A DNA stretch of 64,000 nt, taken from NCBI GenBank assembly GCA_965113315.1, contig OZ220369.1. The stretch is one strand, 5' to 3'. Below the pieces are notes generated by a model that was given only the letters and a program-made list of their open reading frames with translations, did no database searches and was not told the DNA's origin. The DNA is from Podarcis vaucheri (lineage: Eukaryota). Positions 28,301 through 39,000 of the stretch are shown one piece after another. Made by a program: the position numbers and the translations under genes. The stretch's first letter is position 1, and each line of letters begins with the position of its first letter.

Positions 28301-31300
28301 TAAAATTGTTTGGGGGTTTAATGTAAGTAACCAACCTACTTTGAATCTGCCTTGAACTTTTAAAGTAAATTGGATTGCTTTTATGATATTTGCTGGGATG
28401 CTAGCNNNNNNNNNNNNNNNNNNNNNNNNNNNNNNNNNNNNNNNNNNNNNNNNNNNNNNNNNNNNNNNNNNNNNNNNNNNNNNNNNNNNNNNNNNNNNNN
28501 NNNNNNNNNNNNNNNNNNNNNNNNNNNNNNNNNNNNNNNNNNNNNNNNNNNNNNNNNNNNNNNNNNNNNAGACTTCTTCATAAGTCTTTCCTTTCTTTTT
28601 CTTTTTGTTTTGTTATAAATAGTGGATTGACTGAAGTTAAACTCTTAATAAAGTTTTTGATTTTACATCAATAAATGAAGCTGAAGAAAAGTAAGCAGCC
28701 AAAGTTGACACAGAAGGTGTCGGAAGCAGGTTTGCAGCCACTTTGTCCCGGTTCATACTTCTGCCTTTGACAACACAAGGGCTCGTGTCCTTCTGTCTTT
28801 ACTCCAAAACTGTCGCTCTGAATTCACTGGTCCTGCAAAATTAACCCACAGAAAGATTTGAGCAATATTGGAAGTGGAGACTGCCAAGAATAGAAAATGC
28901 AAGGTTCATAAATGACACTTGTGTAGGGATAGGCTCTGGGGATTGAGTCTATCAAAATGCCAAGGGTTCACCCTGTGTTGTTGAATGCTTATTGTTTTCA
29001 TTCTGTTTTCTGAACAGCAAATAGCATGGCAAGTGTGCCAATTTCTGGAAAGCTGTGAGTTCTTCCACCAGCTGCTTGTGCATAATAGTGGTTCATATAC
29101 AGGTGGCATCCCAAGCCTTAGCTTTTGATCTCTCATGTTCTCCACTTTGGAAGGTGACTTTGCCTTGCAGGGTAGCTTGCCTGTTAGTTTTCTCATCACT
29201 TGAACTGATGTTTGGTCTTCTTGAAAAGCCTTGTAGCCCTGAAGGGCTTATGTTAAGAGAAATAACTTAGGGCAAGAAATGGCTTCCTTTAAGCTCTGCC
29301 TAAAGATAGCAAATCTCTCTGAAACTAGCAGTGAGCTGATGGAGGACAGAGAATTTTTAAAGGGCTTAAAATCTTAGAGTCTTAGTCTCCCAAGGTTGTA
29401 TAAAGCTATTGTAGCTTTAGCTAATAACCCAAGCTGCCCATAACCTCTTTGATTCTCATCTCCTAAATCTTATTCTGAGGAGAGGAGAGGCTTTAAAAAA
29501 CTGCCTCACTGCCATAAAAACAAAATGCTTATTTAGGTTAAAAGCTACTAGTACCTGGAAAGCAAAGGGTCTTTGCAAACTGACATGAGCTGTCACTTGT
29601 AGCACAGAGCAGGGGTGGCCATTACTTTGCAATGCACTGCACAGGCTTGCTTTGAGTCCTTTTGTTTCTAAGACAGAACTGAAGCAGATGCCAATAAGGG
29701 TGCAGGAGCTTGTTGTTCTTTCTTGAACTACATATTTTATTTCATCTTTGACTATTGATGGTATTGGAGCTCAAAGGGCTTTTAACTTCCAGTGTGATCT
29801 CTCCTGTTTGGATCTTGGATGAGCTAATTATAAAATGACTTGCACAGATAACTGTGTATTGTAGTTTTTGTTGCCATGCCTCTGGAGACTGTCATAAAAC
29901 ATTCTTGGCATGTGATTGTAATTCTAAAATGGCTTTAAAATGTAACTGAAACTGAACCTTGTTAGACTGTAATCTTGTATTTAACAAAATGCAGTAAAAA
30001 TATCCAACCCTCCCCAAACATTGAGTTTGTGCTTATTGAGCTGTGTCTCTTGGGTCCTAGTGAGTAAATTCTATTCAAGAAGTAAGAGGAAAATGCTTAA
30101 AGTGGGAGGATTGTGTTTCTGGGTTAAGGTTGCAAAGTGGGAATATGAGGGGTTACTTTCTGGTGACCACCTTCCTAGAGAAAGCCAATCTCCTTATGTC
30201 TTGGACTTGGCTAACTCCTAATGGCTGGCACTCTTATTGCCATGATTTGGGCTCAGTTGAAAGGACATTTTGTTAATAATAAAAAGGGTTTGAGACTGCT
30301 TTAGTATGGAGTGATCAGTCAAGGGATTGCCATTACTTTTTCAGATTGAATTTAACACTGCATCCAAATTATGTATACACTACCTGAAAAAATAGCATTT
30401 ATCTCACTGATGTGTAATGCATCAATCATTTCCTGAGCCTTTTCAGCTACAAAAGTAAAGAGGTCCGCCTGCCTAACTTCAAATGCAATAGTAGGATGTT
30501 GGGCCTGGGTTATATTATTAATATTGGTATAAGGACATATAATTAGTTCTTTTTCATTGGTGTGACTAAACTTGCCTATTTTTTAAGCTTTAAAGCTTCA
30601 CGTTTATAACTTGGCACAGCTGTGATTAAGTAAACCAAACAATTATTTGGTTGCAGTCCACATGACTGATTCACAGGGGTAGCAAAAAAATAGGGTCCTG
30701 GTAGTCTGTGTTTTTCAAATTATCTGCAAAACTATACTAATTGGAGAATTTCCTTTTAAGGAAGTTACTATTTATTTAACACAGGTTTCAAGCTTTAACT
30801 TGGTGCTAATATTTTGCTTGATAAAATTAGCATACCTTGGCTTTCTTGGTAGGATTTTATTTTATGTGAATTCCCTCTTCAGTCTGCTAATCCTGCCTGG
30901 CATAACTACCCCAGTGTGGACTGATGTGAAAGTTCCAAACTCTTCCATTTTAGATAGGAACATGGTTACTTTTCTATCCACACTATTCACAGATCAGCAT
31001 AATGGGCTGGTGCCAAACACACAGCTTAAGTGTGTAAACTCTCTGCACCTTAAATCAAAGATGAAGCAGCCTCTGTACTAACGCCTGACCCTTGTATGAT
31101 CATCTTTGTTTGGGGAAGAATCCAGAGATGGTCATATTCTGCATGGAGTTTCCTTTCGGGGTGGGGTGCTACTAGAGAGGGGGAAAGGATTGTCTGCAGC
31201 AATGCAAGTTTAGAGCATTCTTCCTGCATGTTTTACAGTGCATGCAGTATGCTAGCCGCATTTTTGCATTTCTAGGTGGGTGACTATTTAAAAGCAAATG

Positions 31301-34273
31301 GAAGTTAGTGCTATTTTAACAAAAGCTAGGTAAAAAAATAATGTCCCATAGCAAACTTTTCAACTCAAAGTGGCTGCAAATCAGCAATTATATATAGTCA
31401 CTGAAATTAGCAAACTTTACATCTTTCTAAGGAAAGCATTGCATTAATGCATGATACAAAAAGGACTTGGAAAATGTTTTGGTTTTTTTTAAAAAATTAA
31501 AATGCAGTTCTGAGTGACTGAAACTTCCAATTTCAGCCACTGCATTTGCCAAGGAACAAGCTGGAAAATGGAACTGGTATCTGTCAGTGGCTCCAGATTA
31601 TTCCAGAGACTGGCTAGAGATGGGATGGGGGTAGTTCTAAGGGAAGAGTGCACTGTTACCTGACTGATAGGTTCACATTTGAAACCTTCATAACTAAAAC
31701 TAAACAGATTGATCTGTTTTGCTTTTAGTCTATATTTCTTGGGCTTCTTAATGCAATACTAACATTTTCACTAGGTCAGTATGTCAGTTTATGTTTTTTC
31801 TGTACCTTAAGTATATTATTGCATATTGAATGCATTTAAAAGAAAAGGAACCTGCAACAATCTTAATTCCTTTTTCTGACCCTTTCAGTTTAAACACAGA
31901 AATTCTGTTCATTGAGTCATCAGAAGCCACCTTCCTTTTTATAGTTAACATAAGTTTTACCAATCTTATTTGCTCCCTTCAGCAGGTAGTGCTATCAACT
32001 TAATACAGCTATTTTTTAAGCTAATTATTCTGGAATAGGGAGATGTCTTAAGCTGGTGGGTAATTTTTTTATTTAGTAGCATTCTCAGATATATGCAGAG
32101 AGTTGCAGCCCACAATCTCCTTAGCTCAGAGCAATCACTTTGACTTCAGGACACTGTTGAGGAGTGAAGGCTTTGTGGGCAGTTAAATATATTTTATCTA
32201 TGCATTCTTCTTGCCTAACCTGCTTTTAAGAAGCCCTAGTCGCAAACAGATATCTAATTCTTAGGCCAGCACCTACCCTGGTAGTTATTTAGCCATCGAC
32301 CCTAATAATGTTCCTTTTGCTGAGACATGGGCTGCTACTTATGCCATCAGTAATGCTGGGTGGCTTTAATTCGTTTTATATTTTTATGGACTTGAAGTAA
32401 CACATAAGGAGGTGACTTGATCATGCCTCTTCCATTTTCTTACCAGCATGCTCTGATTTCAAATCTCAGCTGAATAATTTTTTTAAAGCCATAAATGGTG
32501 ATTGGTACCAGTTCCATTTTGTTGCGGTTAAGTTATTTTTGTCTTTCATTTCTCATTTAATAGTTAATATCTGGAATAATGANNNNNNNNNNNNNNNNNN
32601 NNNNNNNNNNNNNNNNNNNNNNNNNNNNNNNNNNNNNNNNNNNNNNNNNNNNNNNNNNNNNNNNNNNNNNNNNNNNNNNNNNNNNNNNNNNNNNNNNNNN
32701 NNNNNNNNNNNNNNTAAGCACAGTCCCACCTTTTTCAAAAATTTCAGATGCTGGTTGATTGGCATGAAATGTGGCCTAAAAGCACTGACACATGTCTTGC
32801 ATTGGGGTTCCTATCATTTTAGATAAAATGGCTTAAACTCAAAGTCCAGCTGAGGCAATAAAAGCGCCCTTGTTTGCTTACAGCCTTTTTATGACTTAAA
32901 GAAAATTTAAAGAAAAAAGTCTGATTGCCACATGCACAAAAATGGAAGTATCATTTGGACACTTTTCAGAATACTTCTGTGTTGCTTAAGCCTTATATCA
33001 CTTGAAGTGTTTAAATTCAAAAACAAGCCAAATTCCAAAACATTCATTTGGGGGAAAAATCAGTTCACTAATCACATTACTTCAAAGGGACTGCTATAGC
33101 CAGCACAGTTGGGATCATGTACCCTGTATTTACTTCTGAATTGTACACCGCAGATGCTTCTTCAGCTCCCTCCTCTTCCTCCATGGGCGGTGCTTGCAGC
33201 TCCTTTACCACCTCTTCCAGTCCCACCATTTACTCTACCTCAGTCACTGACAGCAAAGCTATGCAAGTGGAGAGCTGCTCCTCAGCCATGGGGGTAAGTA
33301 ACCGAGGGGTAAGTGACAAGCAGTTAACCAATAACACAGCCCAGCAGCAGCAACAACAGTCCACACCGAAGAGGCACACAGTCCTGTACATCACACCACC
33401 ACCGGAGGACTTGCTGGACAACAGCCGGATGTCCTGCCAGGATGAGGGGTGCGGATTGGAATCTGAGCAGAGCTGCAGTATGTGGATGGAGGATTCCCCC
33501 TCCAACTTCAGTAACATGAGCACCAGTTCCTACAATGATAACACTGAGGTGCCACGTAAATCACGTAAACGAAATCCAAAGCAGAGACCGGGGATCAAAC
33601 GGCGAGATTGTGAAGAGTCAACCATGGATATCTTTGATGCTGACAGTGCCAAAGCGCCTCATTATGTCCTTTCTCAGCTCAGCACGGACAGCAAAAGCAA
33701 CTCGAAAGCAGGAAATGGGTTGGTATCTGCCTTTAAGTTCTATCAACATATGTTTAAAAAACAAGCTAAAAGCATTACCTTAACTTTTCCCTAGTGTTCA
33801 GCTCAGGTTCACACTGAGAAATACAGGAGAGGTGATAATCTGGAACTAAGTTCAATGGTTTCTTATGCTAAAATGCAAGGTTTACATATGAATATATATT
33901 CTAGTCTGATTTAGCAACTATTGAACTAATCTGTCCTGGAATTGTTGTCTAGCTCTTCCCTGTGGAAACTGATTAGTGAATAGGAAGCTTTTCAATAAAA
34001 GCATGTTAAAAATGTAGTCCCTGAAGCTGAGATCGGCTCCTCCATGTCTTCCTCAACAGTACCATACAAAGCTATTTATAAGGGATCTGCACTTCGCCTA
34101 CTTCTGTTTCACTCTCTCCATCAATTAAAGACAGCTGATTTTGATCTTATTATATTAACACTTACTAAAATGTTAAAATATGCTGAACCAAATTTGTGTT
34201 CCATGTCACTTCAGTTATGTATTTGATTTTTCAGAAATAAATCTCTAATCCTGTTTTGCTGTGTGCTTCTCGG

Positions 34274-34308
<35 letters not shown>

Positions 34309-34565
34309 GCTATTGTTGTCTGTAGTCATGCCTGGGTGGTGGTTTCTCATCTTTTCCACTTCACACTTTTCACTTAACTGCATCTCGATTTAGAAATAGT
34401 GGCTTGGATCCAAAGGTCTTGCTGCATGAGCAGAATACAATTCCACTCATAAGGTTGTATGTGTCACTGTTTCTCTCCATCTGCAACCTCAGTGTCAGTT
34501 TAAAACAGGCTACAGAAGGATAGGGTATCTTCAGAGTAGAGAGGTGAGTGCGGTTGCCTGAAGAA

Positions 34566-34642
<77 letters not shown>

Positions 34643-35965
34643 TCATACAGGGGAATATTGGGATCCAAGTGATTGCCCACTGGTTTCCAGTAATGTTTAT
34701 TTTTGTAGCTCATAATAAAACAGTGGGCTTATTTTATTTTCTGTATGTGTTTGTGGTATGTTCACAAAACTATCCTTAGGTTGGTGAATATTGTGCAGAT
34801 AGGAAATACCTTCCCATCTGTAGGAAAATCACCTTCAATTTGTGTACACTTTGTTGTTCCAGTTCCATACTTAAAATATAACTTTGTAAAGGTAGATCAT
34901 AATAAACTCTACAGAGTATATTTTATGTTGCCACTGCAGCATTGTTATAATTTGGTATCCTTTGCAACAAAGCAGAGAGTTTTCCTCGGACAAAGGTGAT
35001 TAAAAACTCAGAGGACAGACATAAAGTAAAATGTTTTATGCTTGTCTTGCAAATTTCAAAATTGGCAAGCATTGCCAGAATTTCTTCAAACTAAAATAGA
35101 TACAGGGAAGGTTTTATTAAAGTGGTGAGTTCTTCAAATAAGTAAGTTCGGTTTCTTGAGATTAAAAGTGTAATCCTATGTGTGTCTACTTGGAAGTAAG
35201 CCCTATTGGGTTTGTTTTTGGCTTACTGATTGTGGCTTGTTGGAGTGAAACAAACCATGCTCCCTGCTTTGGAAGCAGTGCAAAGTGAGGAGGAATTGGT
35301 GTTTGTTTCCTTGGCCCATAAGCAGAGAGAAGCTAAACAGGCCTTTTTAGGTGTGATCATGGTCAACCATTAACCATGGTTTACTCTGTTGCACAAGCAG
35401 GGCTGGTGACTTACTCAAGTATTACTCATTGAGCTTCATGGCTAAGCAGAGGTTTGAACCTAGACAGGTTTGAACCTCAGTATAGTTTTCTTTCAATAGG
35501 GTGGTACATGGAAGAGTAGTGCAGCTAGCCAGTAGCATTTATAGTAGTAATGATAATATAACAGAAATTATTGTTGTTAATTTATTATTATTCAAGACAC
35601 ATCCTGAAGGTCCCAGGCCTAAGAGAGGTTAGGCTGGCCTCAACTAGAGCCAGGGCTTTCTCGGCTGCGGCTCCAATCTGGTGGAACGCTCTGTCACAAG
35701 AGACTAGGGCCCTGCGGGACCTGACATCTTTCCGCAGGGCCTGCAAGACAGAGTTGTTCCACCAGGCCTTTGGTCAGGGCGCAGCCTGACTCCCTCCTCT
35801 GGCAACCTGCACAGAATTTGCTTAACGGTTGCCATTAATTTGATTTTAATTAATTTTTATAATGAAATGTTTTTAGAATGTTGGATTATTTGATTGTTTG
35901 ATTATTTGATTGTTGTTAGCCGCCCTGAGCCCGGCTTCGGCTGGAGAGGGCGGGATATAAATAAA

Positions 35966-36015
<50 letters not shown>

Positions 36016-39000
36016 CTGGAGTCATCCTGAATAGCTCAGTGCAAATGTTGCCATCACAAAAGGCAAAGTACTACGATGAAAACAACTGTGTTTGACTACT
36101 AGAGGCATGGTTCTGGTTTTCATAAAACACCTGTCTAACCTACTGGACTTTATATTAACCAGTAGCACCTAAGTAAAGTGTGTATTCACATTTTAGATCC
36201 CTGGACATTGATGAGAAACGGGAAGAGAAGGAGTATTTAGCAGAGTGACACTGTGATGACCCCTTCAGCATATAGAATTTTGGAGAATTCATAGAAGGAT
36301 CTTAAAATGCCACTGTCAGTTTCTCAAGGATGAGAAGGAGAAGTTCTAGTTGTGCAGTTGATTTATGAATACTGCTTATGAACGAGCAGATTTAGGTAGA
36401 AATTGTGAACACAGATTCTTGTTTACTGTGTTATAGGCCTGCCGTCATGTACTTGAAACTCTCATGAGATTTAAAATATTTATTTTATCCAGACCTGTCC
36501 TCAAATGCAAAAACCGATTAAACATCTTTTTAAAAATAGGTTTTCGTACAGCTGCTACTTTTGCTAGACCAGGGGTGGGCAACCTTTTTATACCTACCAC
36601 TCACTAATGCATCTTTCTTGATGGTAAAATTTCCTTACTGCCCACCAGTGCTCGATGGAAGGAGGATTCAGCGTGTGCCGTAGAACCCCCTACCGCTCAC
36701 CTAGTGGGCGGTAGGGACCAGGTTGACAACCCCTTAGCTAGACCATAGCTAAACATAGAATATATCTTACCTGCCAAGTGCCACTGAGAGAGTTTTTTCA
36801 TGCTTAGATTCTATTTCATTTGTACATAAAGTTTGTTACGTAGCAGTCTTCCACACTGTGTGTGAAGCCTGGAGAGAAGTCCTAAAATAGGGTTGCCAGG
36901 ATACCCCGAAAGTTGTTGAGTTGTGGGGTTTTTTTGGACAAACCCCAAAGTTGTTGAGCTTTTCTTTTTCACGAAAACACAAAAGAACCCATGATTTTTT
37001 GATTGAAGTAGAACACTTATCAGCATTAAACACATTTTTTTTCAGGGCCTTTTGGTAGCAGGAGCACAGTGGTGGATGCAGGTTTTATGGCATTCCAGAC
37101 TAGTACAGCAGACATTTCAAGCAGTGTTTTCTATGAAGCTTTACTAACAAAGCTTAAAGTGCTAAAGTACTAAGTACTAAAAGATCCGTAGTGCTGGAAA
37201 TAGCCATGAAACTCCTGTGTTGATTATGGCTGTTCTTGAATGATTTTCCATACTTTGTGGGCTGAGATACTGAGGTCCTGATGTAGACCTGTTCTACCTT
37301 TCACAATGCTGTATTGTGAGAACTGGCTTAGGGCTGCCCATGCCCCTGGTTTGATGTTATAGTGCACATGCTGGTGTTCCAGAAAGAAGACAAGTACTTT
37401 TTAGTTCACAGAGGACAAGCTTAAAATATACGTAGGCACTCAGATCTGCAGAGCACACAATTCATTCCCATTCTCCCTATGAGCCAGTGAGGACTTGTAC
37501 AAACAGAAGCCCACATCAGGGATAGGACATGTTGAAACTGCATTCCTAAAAATCTTGAAGCTAGGGATGTCCGAAAGACAGTGCCCTTTGGGGGCCTTCT
37601 TCAAATTGGTTTCATTTATGGAACTGACCATTCAATGCAGTTTCTAAACAATGTTGCTGGTTAGAGGCTGAGCCGTGTTGCATGTATTACTTCATTAGAG
37701 CAGACTCAGCAGCTTAAAGAGATGGTTCTAAAAGAAATAAATCAGACTGATCCGTCACTATATAGTGTCTGTAAACTTGAACTGCTGCAAGGTCAGGAGC
37801 AAAGCAAGCCTTTCCTTTTACCACTGAAATATTTCTCTTCACCTTGGATGCTGTTCAAAATGGTTATAATTAGTGACGAAAACATGATGAACAGTTTTAA
37901 GATGCCTGCCATCTCATTCCATCTGACTAGATTTATACAGGTATTTTTGCCTAAATAGCAGTGTGCCTTTTTCTTACATTCTTACATAAAACAAAGATTA
38001 AAAGGGCTTAAGTTTCAGGCTATATGGTTTAGTTACTGAATTTCTGTTGTGAGTTCGGTACATGAAACCACACACCCCCTTCTACATTTCTTCCCAGTTT
38101 GCAGTCTTGCGTTGTGATTTTATATTGGTAGATTTAAGTACGGCCCAGATCTGTGTTCTTTTCTCTTCCCCCTCACCACCCCAGTTGTGCTTGTTTTTTA
38201 AAGAAAGCCTCTGGTAACTGAAACCACTGGTCTGCTTTAACTCTTTAGAACATCAGAAACCCCAAAAACAACTGGAGGCAAGAAGAGTCCTATGTTATGT
38301 GGTCAGTACCCTGGTAAAAGTGAAGGCAAGGAGCTGAAGATAATGGTGCAGCCAGAGACACAGCACAGAGCTCGCTACCTAACTGAGGGCAGTCGGGGCT
38401 CGGTGAAAGACAGAACACAACAAGGATTCCCCACCGTAAAGGTAGGCCAATTCAATTTTGGGGGTGGGCCAATTCAGGAGTGTGCTGCCATTTATGGTAA
38501 GCGAAAATCCAGTTCTTCACCTCCAGCCAAACCTGACTCTGGCCAAAAGACAAACATACTAGGTCCTCCATGGCATCATGGGTTTCCCTTCAGTGGCAAA
38601 CTGTTGCCAGTGCCACGGTGTGTTTTTCAGTATTGATGTTGTCATTCTAAGTTGTAAATTGCACTAGTTTAGAATCTGTGTATATAGTTCCATATTTCTC
38701 AGGGATGTGGCTTTTGTGTTGTTTGGAGAGTAGAGGTCTGGATTTTTCTTAGTTTAGAACAGAGCAGCCTTTCTTGTTGAGTGGAGGATGTGTAAATATA
38801 GACCAATAGCTGCTCTCAGCAATTAACAGTTAAATGAATGCACAGAGCACTGTCTGTGGGGCTGTTCATCAGAAACTAGGCAAGCTGTGATGTAGTGCAT
38901 CAGAAAAAAGGTGTGAGGAAGCCCTCAAAGACTGTGCTAAACTGAATGGGGCTCTGTACCTACAATGGCTTTCTAACTTTTAGCCTGGAGTATGGACAGA

